Shown: positions 29,182-39,087 of the stretch, piece after piece
Position numbering within the stretch: the stretch's first letter is position 1
Layout: each line of letters opens with the position of its first letter
Origin: Nannocystales bacterium
GTDB taxonomy: Bacteria > Myxococcota_A > Polyangia > Nannocystales > Nannocystaceae
DNA: 64,000 nucleotides
Direction of reading: 5' to 3'
Assembly (NCBI GenBank): GCA_050633305.1
Contig: JBOEGF010000023.1
Coordinates: 96,001 to 160,000 of the forward strand
Program-made: the position numbers and the translations under genes
The notes under the pieces: generated by a model
What the model was told of the DNA's origin: nothing
The model's database searches: none
Seen by the model: only the letters and a program-made list of their open reading frames with translations

Positions 29182-29260
29182 GCCATGGATCTGACATCTC
29201 CTGCGCACATGTTGTCAATGTTAGTTTTTGTCTTCTTCCAAAACTGCCCATGCGGCGGTC

Positions 29261-29809
29261 GCCGAGGAGGTTGTCGTCTTCGACCACACGCTGCGGGCCG
29301 AAGGCGGTGGTATGCGGCCGCCCTCGTTTCATGTGCACTGTGACGACAACGCGTAGTCGGCCCGCACCCGGCTCGTTGCATTGACCGGCGAGCGTGAGTC
29401 GCAGCGATGGCACGCAGGGCCCTTCGCGGTCGTCAATGTGTGGCGGCCGCTTGCCCATCCGATCCAGCGCGCACCGATTGGCTTTGTGCGCCCTGGCTCG
29501 GTCGAGCCCGGCGACTGGCTGGACGTCGACATCGTGTTCCCGGATCGGCGCGGCCAGGTTCGAGGGCTACGGTACAACCCCGCGCACCAATGGCTCGTGT
29601 GGCCGACGATGACCGTCGATGAAGCCGCGATCTTCGCGACCTATGCGAACGAGGGCGTCAATGGCATCGCCCACGCTGCCGTCGAGTTGCTGGACGCGCC
29701 GCCCGAAGCGATGCCTCGACAAAGCATCGAGGCTCGCGCCTTTGTCCGCTGGCAGGCGTACGGCCCCGACACCACGAGAGACCCGAACCCGGGTCAGCCG
29801 CATCGCTGA
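29261..29809 (+). pseudogene. 5'-truncated CmcJ/NvfI-like oxidoreductase with in-frame stop
   Basis: One frame reads EEVVVFDHTLR...RPPSFHVHCDDNA*SARTRL...VNVWRPL...AHAAV...RQSIEAR. TAG at 29354-29356; no N-terminal part upstream. Confidence 0.75.
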
Positions 29810-30032
29810 ATCCCGGGCACGACATCGCGTGGCGGACGGCCTGACGGTTTCTCCACCTCGGCCAACTCGGTCCATGGCAAGACGGTCGGAGTCGATGCGA
29901 CGACCCCCGAAGCCAACGCGGCGGCTCGTTCGGTCGTGCGGCGCGATACCAGCTCAGCGGCCAGCCGCAGCACGAAAGCTCTGAGGGCGTGGGGGACTCG
30001 AGCTTCCAAATCTTCCGAAACTGAAAACAGTC

Positions 30033-31676
30033 CTAGCACCAAAACATCTCGCAGTAAGAATCGTCGCAATCGACAAAGCCGTCGTTATCGTTGTCGAGGC
30101 CGTCGTGACATTCGGTATCAGTATTCTCGCCGGTTGCGCAGACAAAGTCCCCAGGAAGGGAAACATGGGGCTCACATTCAAAAAACACCCCACAGGTATT
30201 TCCACAGCTTCCGCAGTTCGTATTGGTCGACATCCACGTGCAGACAGGAGTCCCAAGATGCGTCGGACACACCTCCTGCCCATCCTGACAGCACTCGGTG
30301 ACAAGAGCATCCATCGAGCAATCAAAATCATCGCAATCAACATAGCCATCGCCATCATTGTCGAGACCGTCGGAACATGCCGCGTTCGAATCTTCCGGAG
30401 CCAAACAAACACCGCTTGTGCAGGTGCCCCCGGCGGAGCAAGCCTCTCCGCACGCCCCGCAGTGTTGTTCGTCGGAGAGCAAGTCCACGCATTGCTCGTC
30501 GCCACACACCTCGAGGTCGCAGTTTTCGAGCGTTCGGAACTCTGACGAACTTGAAACCAAGTCAAGCCAGCCCGTCGGTTGCACCTCGGCGTACAACAGG
30601 TCGCCCACCGTAGAGAGGCCCATCACCTGCTCCGAACGCCGTCGCGTCACCTGTAGACTCAGGCCCACAACATCCTGGTCATCGACAGCCGCCCGTATCG
30701 CATCACGCGACACGTTGAAGCTACCACTGGGGTCATCGGCCTCACAGAGGAGCGAACCAACGCGACCGCCAGCTCCCGAAACGGACACAGTCACGGTTAT
30801 CTCATCTGTACCAGGCGTCCACTGCACCGCGATCTGGCCGTCGCCATAGGCCTCGGCGAGGCTGATAGAATCGAGCTGCGCGTCAACGATTGTGGTCGCC
30901 AAAAACTCGACGGAGAATTCCTCGAACCCGGCATCGAATGCCCCGCTCGCTTCAAGCTCGACCGTCCCGCCGGGCACATAGGGCGCGCCGGTTTCGACTT
31001 CGTTCAACGCATACGGAGGCAGGAGTGTGATAGGCGTGGTGGTTCCGGAGAAATTCAGGGCACCAGCATCAAACGTCTCGATATCGCGACAAGCCGCCTG
31101 TCCGGGGCCTGCAAAGTAGCAGACCTCGTCTTTGCTGCATTTCGCATCACAGATGTCCCAACAGGTCGTTGCACAATCGTCCCCAAACCCGCAGTACTGC
31201 CCCTTACCGCACTCCCCGCCGCACTCCGGGGAGAGAACAAGCTGGCACCCGTCAACGGTGCGCGTGCACGTTTGGCCCACGGTGTTCGCGTCGGGGCTGA
31301 AGCTTGCGGTCACCGATCCCACGGCCGCTCCCTCCGTACTGTGAACTTCTGCAAGGACAACCGTCCCAAGAGCATGGGCCTCAGGCACTGGCGGGTCCTC
31401 TGTTTCCCCGCCTGAATCGGTAGGGTTGCTGGAGTCGGGACCAGTGCCCGAATCGGTATCAGTACCCGAACCGGTCTGGGTACCCGACTCGGTGTCAGTG
31501 ACGGACCCGTCGCCCACTGACACCCCAGACGCTTTGCCGGAGGTTGGGGCCGTTGTCGTTGCGTCCTCGACGTCAGACCCGGTTGTCGCGTTGGGGGTGC
31601 CACAGCCCAAGGTCAGGATTGAACACAGCGAGACGATCGAGAGTTGGGCGGTTCGGACGGCTACTCGGCGCGACAT
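30033..31676 (-). CDS. Cys-rich lipoprotein with CxDGxDNDxDGxVDCDD repeats; lower GC
   Basis: ATG at 31676, lipobox LTLGC, HCGACGEAC/NCGSCGNTC and two CxDGLDNDxDGxVDCDD repeats. Confidence 0.8.
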   Translation of the reverse strand: MSRRVAVRTAQLSIVSLCSILTLGCGTPNATTGSDVEDATTTAPTSGKASGVSVGDGSVTDTESGTQTGSGTDTDSGTGPDSSNPTDSGGETEDPPVPEAHALGTVVLAEVHSTEGAAVGSVTASFSPDANTVGQTCTRTVDGCQLVLSPECGGECGKGQYCGFGDDCATTCWDICDAKCSKDEVCYFAGPGQAACRDIETFDAGALNFSGTTTPITLLPPYALNEVETGAPYVPGGTVELEASGAFDAGFEEFSVEFLATTIVDAQLDSISLAEAYGDGQIAVQWTPGTDEITVTVSVSGAGGRVGSLLCEADDPSGSFNVSRDAIRAAVDDQDVVGLSLQVTRRRSEQVMGLSTVGDLLYAEVQPTGWLDLVSSSSEFRTLENCDLEVCGDEQCVDLLSDEQHCGACGEACSAGGTCTSGVCLAPEDSNAACSDGLDNDGDGYVDCDDFDCSMDALVTECCQDGQEVCPTHLGTPVCTWMSTNTNCGSCGNTCGVFFECEPHVSLPGDFVCATGENTDTECHDGLDNDNDGFVDCDDSYCEMFWC

Positions 31677-31740
31677 CCTCGATGTAGACGTCAGACCGGG
31701 GCAAAGTGATCCCGCGCCGCAGTACGCGCAGCGACAAAGC

Positions 31741-31918
31741 AGGCGTTTCGCGAAACGACCTGGGAAAATCCGGTGTGGAAGAGTACGGCTTCCGGCGCAG
31801 AGGCCCGTGTTCGCGGAGCGGGCCAGGGGCCGGCTCCGGATTGGGGCTGAGCCTGGCTGAGCGAAGGCATCGACGGCGAAAGGCGGGCCCGGTAGGGCAG
31901 CGTGAAGGCACGTGCCCA
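31741..31918. repeat. Dispersed intergenic repeat, copy B
   Basis: Diverged copy of 26301-26480 in the same orientation. Confidence 0.8.
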
Positions 31919-32309
31919 GAATCCAGGCAGTTCTTTGCGGGTGCGAGCGCCGAGGCGCGGCACGGCGTACGCGCTGGTAAGTCGGCGCGGGAGCGTGGGG
32001 CGAGCACGTCAAGAAGACGCCCGCACGAGACGGAACAATGGTGTCGAGAGCGACCTGAATCGGTGCGATCGCCAACCGCTCGCACAGTGTTTCCAACTCC
32101 AGATCAAGCGGGCGTGACGCCGCGCAGCCCTCGTTTCCCAACGCCCGGCGGTCTGCGAGCGCAACCTTCGCGACATCGCGGAGAACCGCAAGGATGTTCG
32201 GGCTACGAGCCGCTGCGCCCAGTATCGTTGACTCGCCGGACGTGAATCCATCCCAGGCGGTTGTGCAGACAACCATAGATTCGCCGCCGTGCGGTCATGG
32301 CGGTTTCGA

Positions 32310-32993
32310 ATGCGCACCGCCTGTTTCGTCGTCGGCAGCCTCCTTGGCCTCTTACTCCCGAGCGAGGCTCGAGCTCACGAGGATGAGGACCCGAGTCGAA
32401 TCGTGCCGCGGTACTCGAGCCATCCCTACGCCAAGCACACGCCGGGGTATGTCCGACGCGTGCCCTGGGCGGAAGAGGACGGAGAGGATGCCAAGTTGTG
32501 GTCGGTCCGCGTTGGCGGCGAAGGCGGGTATCTCGGCCGCCAGGGATGGAGGGCCGGGGGGCGCGCCCTGCTTCGGTATTGGCGGTTGGGGCTCGCCGTC
32601 GACGCCCACCACTACAGCGGTTGGGGCGACCGAGAACCGTTCTACCTGGGCGGCGCGCACTGGACCCTCGACCTGATCCAGCGTCCGCACTTCGGACTGC
32701 GCGTCGGGCCCGGCGTCCTCGCGCGGGCGAACGCAGAGCTCCCAGCCGGGGGCCGACCCAAGGTCGAGATCGGACAGAATGTGATGACCGAGGTCGACAT
32801 CTTTCCTCTCCATCCTGTGGTCGCCAGCGGACGATTCGACGTGGGGCGGCTGGGTGATACGACAGCGGTCTCGGGGCGGGCCAGCCTCGGCGTGATGGTC
32901 CGGCGACTCGAAGTCTCCTTGGCGTACGAGGTGAAGCTGATCGGAGAAACTCCGCTACGCGGGCCGCAGCTTGGGCTGCGCGTATGGTTCTGA
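32310..32993 (+). CDS. Putative outer-membrane beta-barrel protein
   Basis: Signal peptide (EARA), amphipathic strands, C-terminal GLRVWF. Confidence 0.7.
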   Translation: MRTACFVVGSLLGLLLPSEARAHEDEDPSRIVPRYSSHPYAKHTPGYVRRVPWAEEDGEDAKLWSVRVGGEGGYLGRQGWRAGGRALLRYWRLGLAVDAHHYSGWGDREPFYLGGAHWTLDLIQRPHFGLRVGPGVLARANAELPAGGRPKVEIGQNVMTEVDIFPLHPVVASGRFDVGRLGDTTAVSGRASLGVMVRRLEVSLAYEVKLIGETPLRGPQLGLRVWF

Positions 32994-33019
32994 GCGGAGC
33001 CGGTTTGCGGATCCCGGAC

Positions 33020-33062
33020 TCGACGGCAAAAAACAGGCCCAATGGGCACCGTGAAGCCACGC
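33020..33062. repeat. Dispersed intergenic repeat, partial copy C
   Basis: TCGACGGCAAAAAACAGGCCCAATGGGCACCGTGAAGCCACGC matches the 3' ends of copies A and B. Confidence 0.65.
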
Positions 33063-33262
33063 CGAGACGACGCGAAGCGACGCGCCTCGTGCGGTAGACC
33101 GAGGCCCGTCAGGGGACAGTCCAGAACAGCATGAGTTGCCGGGCGCACGGCCTCGCCGCGTTGGCCGAGCACCGTGAAGCTCGGCCGTCGTGGCCATCGG
33201 TCTTCGGGAGGCACGACACCAGCTCTGCGCCAAGCCGATTGACCTGCTCGTGACGAGTTGCT

Positions 33263-33751
33263 TCAACGCCACGCCTGTGGATCCGTCAGCTCTCGCTTCT
33301 CTCCTTCGAAGGCGTCGAACAGCGTGCGGTGAACCGCCAGAGACATCGGGCCGTCACGCGTCTCGTATCCGCGGACCCATTCGATCAGCATGGCGAGGTT
33401 GGCGTCCTGCGCTTCGGGCTCGTCGTACTTGTGCGGCTCGAACGGGCGAGCACGGCAGTGGCGAACGCACGCCTCGACGCCCGGGTTGAGAAAGACCAGC
33501 AGCTCAGCGTCCTGGGAAAGGCCCCGAAGAAGATCGGCGTAGCAACCTTCGACGACCCAGCCATCTTCGGGCAAGGCCGCCCGCAGCTTCCCCAAGGATT
33601 CTTCGACGGCTCGTCGCACCGGTGGGTCGGTCGGTCGCCATGCGTACGAATCGAGGTCGATGTGCGCGAGCCCATCACGCTTTGCGACGGACTTCGCGTA
33701 CGTCGACTTTCCCGAACCGGAGTTCCCGAGGATGAGGATGCGTCGTGGCAC
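33263..33751 (-). CDS. P-loop kinase (shikimate/adenylate kinase-like, FlaR-like)
   Basis: GNSGSGKST, HIDLD, WVVEGCY, RPFEPHKY. Confidence 0.85.
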   Translation of the reverse strand: MPRRILILGNSGSGKSTYAKSVAKRDGLAHIDLDSYAWRPTDPPVRRAVEESLGKLRAALPEDGWVVEGCYADLLRGLSQDAELLVFLNPGVEACVRHCRARPFEPHKYDEPEAQDANLAMLIEWVRGYETRDGPMSLAVHRTLFDAFEGEKRELTDPQAWR

Positions 33752-33974
33752 GTCAGGTCAACCTAGCGCGGGTATGTCACCACCGCGATTCGGCCCTCCT
33801 CAGAGGGGGTCGAATTCGGCGAGATGTCATGGCCGCACCCCATTCCGTGCGAAGCGAAGCGGCAGCAACGGGCAGTTCGCGTGTGTGCTCTCCCATCTGC
33901 AAGACACTCGCCCGCGTGCGCACATTGCCGGGGCGGGGCAGGCGTGAGCGGTCGATGGTCTCGACGACGACCGG

Positions 33975-36329
33975 CTAGCCGCAGCTGAGCCCGCACACAC
34001 TGACCACTTCGCCCACGCAGATCGAGTCCCACGCGGTGTTGCAGCAGTACGGGTCCACGTTGCAGATCGCGCTCGTACAGCTGGGGGAGATCGGGGTGTC
34101 GCAGCCACCCGAGAGGCTTGTGCCGGTGCCACACACCGAGTGTGCGCAGCTTCCCACGCTGGCGTCACACTGCACCTGGTTACAGACCGACTGCACTTCG
34201 CCCACACAGATCGAGTCCCACGCGGTGTTGCAGCAGTACGGGTCCACGGCGCAGATCTCCGCAACGCACTCGTCGCAAGCCGGCTGCAAGGGCCCCCCTG
34301 TGTCGCACGTATCGTGAGCGGGTTGGCACGCTTGGACCTGCTGCACGACCAAGTCCGACAGCGAGGTGACCGGCGCAGCGTTACCGTCGGTCTCGATGAA
34401 CAACGCGATGGGAGCGTCATGACCGGTGCCGTCGAGCGTCACGCCGCCACCGTGGGTCGCACAAGGAACCCCGGTTTCGGATCCGTCGGCGAACATCAGC
34501 CCACAGCTGAGGTTCGCCTGATCCCCCTCCATCGAAACGTGCCACAGCCCGTCCGCCGTCAACGCAAGACCAGTCGCCACGAGCCGTTGCGACGGCTCAA
34601 GGCCTGCCGCGAAACCGCCGGTGTCTGAAGCGGTAAACGTGGCCGGCCGCGCGTCAGCGCCGAGGTCCTGTAGGTCCAGCAAGCCGTAGCTCATCCGTCG
34701 GTGCATGGTCTCGAACGCGCCTGGTTGCCCGTCGGGGACCAACAAGACCTGGCTGACCGATAGCTCCTGCGCGGCGCTTCCGGGTGCGGTCGCAATCGTG
34801 AGCGGTCCATCGATGTTGGCGTCTGAGATGAAGCTGCCAGACAAGACCTTGGACGCGTAGTTGCCCAACCAGTCCTCGTCTTGCCCAGTGAAGGTATGGG
34901 TGGCGACCACGGTACTCCCCATTCTCAGCTCAACCGTCGAAGGGAAGTCGTTGGTCCAAACCCGTACGGATGCGCGATACGGAAGACCCGTGTCGTTGGG
35001 CCGCAACGCGAGGCTTGTAGGCTCGGGCGTGGGAAACCGCATCGCCTCCTGGACCGCGTGGTCCAACCGCGAAAAACTGAGGCACCAGGGGCAATTCGAG
35101 GGCCGAAAACGCCAGGTGTCATGTTCGAGTTCGTCGAGGCTCAGGATGTCGCAAGACAGCCAGTATGCGAGGCGATAGGGGAATGAGTCGGGGTCAGAGC
35201 AGCTTGGCGGAACGAACTGGTCCACGAAGTGCTTCGTGACGCTGGGATGCATCGTCTGGATGCCGATACTCGTGTCGGGATCCGCACCAGCGACGTGGCA
35301 CAACTGACCCGAGATCGATCCCTGCGCGGTGGTCACGGGGCCGACGAGCTCCGGGTACGAGGACGCTTCCGTGCTCATGACTCCACTTCCGGAGGTCCCG
35401 TGGCACCCTCGAAGGTTTGTATTGACCACGACCGTGGTTGGTGGGAACAGAATCTTCCATCGGTCGAGGTAGTAGTCGGTCGAGAGAAGAGGGAGCATTT
35501 GGTGACGCTCCCCTGCGCCTCGGTAGTGGTAGTTCAACGCGAGAGCCTCGTTGGGATCAGCGCCCGCGCTGGAAGTGACTTTTTGGACGTAGTGCGTGTA
35601 GAAGTCCGATGCCAACGGCTCCATCTGAGGGGCTTCATACAGTTCGTGGTACCAGGGGAGTGCCACGCGGTCGCCTTCCGCGATCGCAGGTGCGACGTCG
35701 ACGTAGTCATGACGTGCACCGTCGAGGGCGTCGCACTCGAGGATACCAATGTCGAGTCTTTCGTTGACAAGGGGGACGGGGGCGATGTCCTCGGCTGCGA
35801 TATCGCAGTTGATTGGCGGAGATGCCCCCGGTCCCGTGTAGCAGCGGGACCGCACTTGGCAGAGATACCGATCGTAGAAGTAACCGGGTGCGTCGGCGTG
35901 GATATAGTCGGGGAACGTTCCCGTGATGGTCGGCGTAGGCGTAAAACCGGGGAGGACCCGAGGCGTACGTACCTCGACCTCGTCAAATTCAGACAGGCCC
36001 GGCAGGCAGTGTCCCGCGGTGACGGCAATGCGCGAGGACACGAACGTGACGCCGCACGTCCCCGAGAGGTCGTCCTCGGTTGGCGGATTCGCAGGGCCGG
36101 TCGCAGCGGGGCCGTCCAACCGGACGATGAGGTGGCCCGTGGAACGCATCGCGACCCCGGTGGCTTCACGTGGCCAAGTCTCCACATCGAAGTATTCGCC
36201 CTCGGCGGAGGTGAGTGCCCGGAAGACAGGGTCGAGGTCCGTGCCTACGTCCGAGACCTCATTGGCATCGTCGCAGGCGGTCGGAGCGAGCAGGAGTAGC
36301 GTGGGGAGGAGTCGGTCGAGGGGGCGCAT
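33975..36329 (-). CDS. Trypsin-like (S1) serine protease lipoprotein with C-terminal Cys-rich repeats
   Basis: Lipobox-like LAPTAC; triad motifs VTAGHC, LDIGIL, GCHGTSGSG; two ICxVDPYCCNTAWDSICVGEV repeats. Confidence 0.8.
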   Translation of the reverse strand: MRPLDRLLPTLLLLAPTACDDANEVSDVGTDLDPVFRALTSAEGEYFDVETWPREATGVAMRSTGHLIVRLDGPAATGPANPPTEDDLSGTCGVTFVSSRIAVTAGHCLPGLSEFDEVEVRTPRVLPGFTPTPTITGTFPDYIHADAPGYFYDRYLCQVRSRCYTGPGASPPINCDIAAEDIAPVPLVNERLDIGILECDALDGARHDYVDVAPAIAEGDRVALPWYHELYEAPQMEPLASDFYTHYVQKVTSSAGADPNEALALNYHYRGAGERHQMLPLLSTDYYLDRWKILFPPTTVVVNTNLRGCHGTSGSGVMSTEASSYPELVGPVTTAQGSISGQLCHVAGADPDTSIGIQTMHPSVTKHFVDQFVPPSCSDPDSFPYRLAYWLSCDILSLDELEHDTWRFRPSNCPWCLSFSRLDHAVQEAMRFPTPEPTSLALRPNDTGLPYRASVRVWTNDFPSTVELRMGSTVVATHTFTGQDEDWLGNYASKVLSGSFISDANIDGPLTIATAPGSAAQELSVSQVLLVPDGQPGAFETMHRRMSYGLLDLQDLGADARPATFTASDTGGFAAGLEPSQRLVATGLALTADGLWHVSMEGDQANLSCGLMFADGSETGVPCATHGGGVTLDGTGHDAPIALFIETDGNAAPVTSLSDLVVQQVQACQPAHDTCDTGGPLQPACDECVAEICAVDPYCCNTAWDSICVGEVQSVCNQVQCDASVGSCAHSVCGTGTSLSGGCDTPISPSCTSAICNVDPYCCNTAWDSICVGEVVSVCGLSCG
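34005..34248. repeat. 55-bp intragenic direct repeat (34005-34059 and 34194-34248)
   Basis: 54/55 identical; encodes VDPYCCNTAWDSICVGEV twice. Confidence 0.9.
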
Positions 36330-36930
36330 CTGATGAATCCGGTGCGCGGGTAGTTTCAGTTCGACCCAAAGCGTTACAGAGAGTATGGATTAACCGGTGG
36401 AAGGGCCCCATCTTTCCCACGCCGGAACAATCTTGGGAACACTGTGGGGTCGGCCGGTACGAACTCCGCGGCAATGACTCGACAGCGATTTCCCATCCTC
36501 GTCCTGGGTCCCCTACTCGCCGCCGTGTTCGCGTCGCCGGTCTCCGCGGCAGACAGTTGTTCATGAGGCGAATGGACCGTCGCGCAAGAGAGTTGGTCGG
36601 ATTGGGATACGCTGACCGACGTCCTCGCAAGACCTTGGAGCTCGAAGAAGACGTCCACCGCGCGTCCTCGGTCATCGCGGATATGCACGCCCCAACAGCG
36701 CACGTCCCCCATCGGCGCAGTGTTTCGGCGCAAGCGGAACAACTCTCGCCCTTCCCGAGCGCTCACCTCCAGGTTGCCCCGCAGCGGCTCCTCACAGCCA
36801 CGATAGACGAGCAATGCACCACACCACCATCCAGCCCGGCGCACATTCTTGGCGCACGCGGCCCGAGGGCCACCGGGTAGAGCGAACACCCTCATCCAAC
36901 GACTCGGAGCACTCAAACTCGACTTCGTGG

Positions 36931-36974
36931 AAAAAAACGAACGCGGATGTCTCCGTTTTCCTTCGCCGCTCCAA
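36931..36974 (+). promoter_or_regulatory. Putative ECF promoter before the subtilase gene
   Basis: A7-N10-TGTCTCCG-N15-CCAA, 9 nt before GTG 36984. Same motif as 44030-44075 on the minus strand. Confidence 0.6.
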
Positions 36975-36983
36975 GAAGTCACC

Positions 36984-39080
36984 GTGACGCTCGCGACCTC
37001 GCTTCGCCGACGCATCCTCTTGGTCCTGCTCTCGCTGGCCGGCGGCTGCGGGACCACCCATGACCCGCGGCCCGAGTTCCTCGAGGAGCGAGCCGCGGAG
37101 ACGCCCACGAGGTTGGCGGACGCGTGTTGGGGCCTGCGCCTGGCGGCCCCGGAAGAATCGTGCGTGGAGACGCTTCCTGGCTGGACGCTTCACGGGACAC
37201 GCATGTTCGTCGACGGCTCCGCCGGCCTCGCGCAACGGCAGCTCGGAGACGCGGAGGTTCCCGAGCGCCTTTCGGGTTTCTGCCTGTATCGCTCGACCGC
37301 GGAACCGGGCGAGGAACTTCTTCCCCCAGAGCATGGCGCGCTCGACTGCCCCGCGGTCGAGCCTCAGGGCAGCGCGTGGAGCGAAGCGCTGCGGGGCAAG
37401 CTCGCGCAGGCATTCGAAACCCAGGCTGGCGCCGTTTCCCCCCAGACCGACACGGGTGCGTTCGCGGTGACCGTCAGCGTCGTCGATGCAGCATCGGGCG
37501 ATGCGAGCACGGTTCCCCGCATTCAGCACGCCGATGCGATGGGCGCGATCATCAAGACTCTCGCCTGCCCGCAGGACACAACGTGTGCCGTCTCCGTCAC
37601 CAACGCGCTCGCGCTGCCGCTCGCCGCCGACGGCTCGCTCGTCGACCCGGGTGGAGCCGAATACGGCACGCGAGCCCACGTCGCGCTGGGCATTTTCGAC
37701 GCGGTGACGGCCTGGCGCCGTAGTCTGCAAGACGGACCGCCTTCGCGACTGGTCCTCAACCTCTCGCTGGGCTGGGCGACCGACCCCGCGACGAACTGCA
37801 TCGCCGGTGCAGCCTGCGGCTGTACCGAAGCCCAACCGTGGTGTGACGCCACCTCCCACGTGGAGGACTTCTCTGCATTCGTCGACCTCGGCCCATCGGC
37901 TGCGACGCCTCCCTACCCCGTTCGCCTCGCCACCGAGGCGGTCCACGGCGCACTCCTGTACGCGTCGTGCCAAGGTGCCCTCATCCTCGCCAGCGCGGGC
38001 AACACGAAGGACGGCTCCTGCAACGCAACGTCGATGGCACCGGCGGGCTGGGCGAGCCTCGCCGCCCCCACACCGCTGCAATGCATGGAGATGGGATTCG
38101 ATCCGCCGGCCAGCCTGCCGTCGCAATGGCAGCTTCACGAAGCCAATGCGCCCCTGGTCATCCCCGTCGCAGCCGTCGATCATCACGACCATCCGATCGC
38201 GCGTACCCGCCCCGGGTCCCTCACCCGCCTGGTTGCACCCGGCTATCACGCCCTCGCCGACGGCGAGGCGCCACTCGAGCTCGACCCGATCACCGGGACG
38301 TCGGCATCGGCGGCCACCGTCGCAGCAGGCGCAGCGTTGCTGTGGTCCCATGATCCCACCCTCGGCCCACGCGCGGTCCTCGAAACGCTCTACGGGAGCG
38401 GGCACCCCCTCGACTCCATCGCGCAGCTTCCCGAGTACGGCAGCGAGCCCGAGAAGGCCGTGCGCCGGGTCTCGCTCTGTGCGGCCCTGGAGACCCTAGA
38501 CCCCGATCTGCATGCATGCCCGGACGAATCCGCGCCCGCCGATGCGCTCGACGAGCTGCACGCAGCCGCCGTGACGGTGGGTGACGCAAACGAGGGGGCC
38601 GAGCATGCACCCCAGGTGCTGCCATCGTTCGCGTGTTCGAGCTGCGGACGTACGCGGAACGTGCACGCCACCGAGGGCGACGAACTTCCCGTCGACACGT
38701 ACCTGCTTTGGAGCTGCTCGACGCCCGACGACGAGCGTCCGCTGCTGGCCGGACCACAGCCTGACCTTCCCGTATGTCCGGAGTGCCCGCTTCGCGTCTC
38801 CGGACTCGACGGGGTCGCCCACCTCGCGCTCAACTCGGCCTACGATCCGACGCTCATCGTCGGCGGGTGGCTCGAGATTCGCTACGACCCGCGCGACGAT
38901 CCGCGAACGACGGTGGTCGACCTCGCCTCGGTGCTCGACGCGCTCGCGCAAGGCCCCGTGAAGGTGCCGCTGAACCTCTCGCATCCGGTGCGAGACGTAC
39001 GGATGGGGCTGCGGTTCTCCGACGGTGGCCCGACCTCTTACATGCGCAGCAACGCCTTGCTCATTCACGGGGGGCGATGA
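36984..39080 (+). CDS. Subtilase (S8)-like serine protease lipoprotein
   Basis: Lipobox LAGGC; VSVVDAA (Asp), QHADAM (His), VLNLSLG, LASAGN (oxyanion Asn), TGTSASAATVAAGAALL (Ser). Confidence 0.82.
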   Translation: MTLATSLRRRILLVLLSLAGGCGTTHDPRPEFLEERAAETPTRLADACWGLRLAAPEESCVETLPGWTLHGTRMFVDGSAGLAQRQLGDAEVPERLSGFCLYRSTAEPGEELLPPEHGALDCPAVEPQGSAWSEALRGKLAQAFETQAGAVSPQTDTGAFAVTVSVVDAASGDASTVPRIQHADAMGAIIKTLACPQDTTCAVSVTNALALPLAADGSLVDPGGAEYGTRAHVALGIFDAVTAWRRSLQDGPPSRLVLNLSLGWATDPATNCIAGAACGCTEAQPWCDATSHVEDFSAFVDLGPSAATPPYPVRLATEAVHGALLYASCQGALILASAGNTKDGSCNATSMAPAGWASLAAPTPLQCMEMGFDPPASLPSQWQLHEANAPLVIPVAAVDHHDHPIARTRPGSLTRLVAPGYHALADGEAPLELDPITGTSASAATVAAGAALLWSHDPTLGPRAVLETLYGSGHPLDSIAQLPEYGSEPEKAVRRVSLCAALETLDPDLHACPDESAPADALDELHAAAVTVGDANEGAEHAPQVLPSFACSSCGRTRNVHATEGDELPVDTYLLWSCSTPDDERPLLAGPQPDLPVCPECPLRVSGLDGVAHLALNSAYDPTLIVGGWLEIRYDPRDDPRTTVVDLASVLDALAQGPVKVPLNLSHPVRDVRMGLRFSDGGPTSYMRSNALLIHGGR

Positions 39081-39087
39081 TCCGTGG

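Noticed and set aside
29354..29356. In-frame TAG as pyrrolysine or stop-codon recoding
   Set aside because: TAG terminates many intact genes here, no pyl genes are present, and the gene is also 5'-truncated.
34005..34248. 55-bp repeat as a CRISPR array or DGR template/variable pair
   Set aside because: Only two in-frame coding copies, one mismatch, and no cas or reverse transcriptase gene in the window.
36374..36850. Possible small minus-strand gene between the two proteases
   Set aside because: No recognisable motif or confident start.
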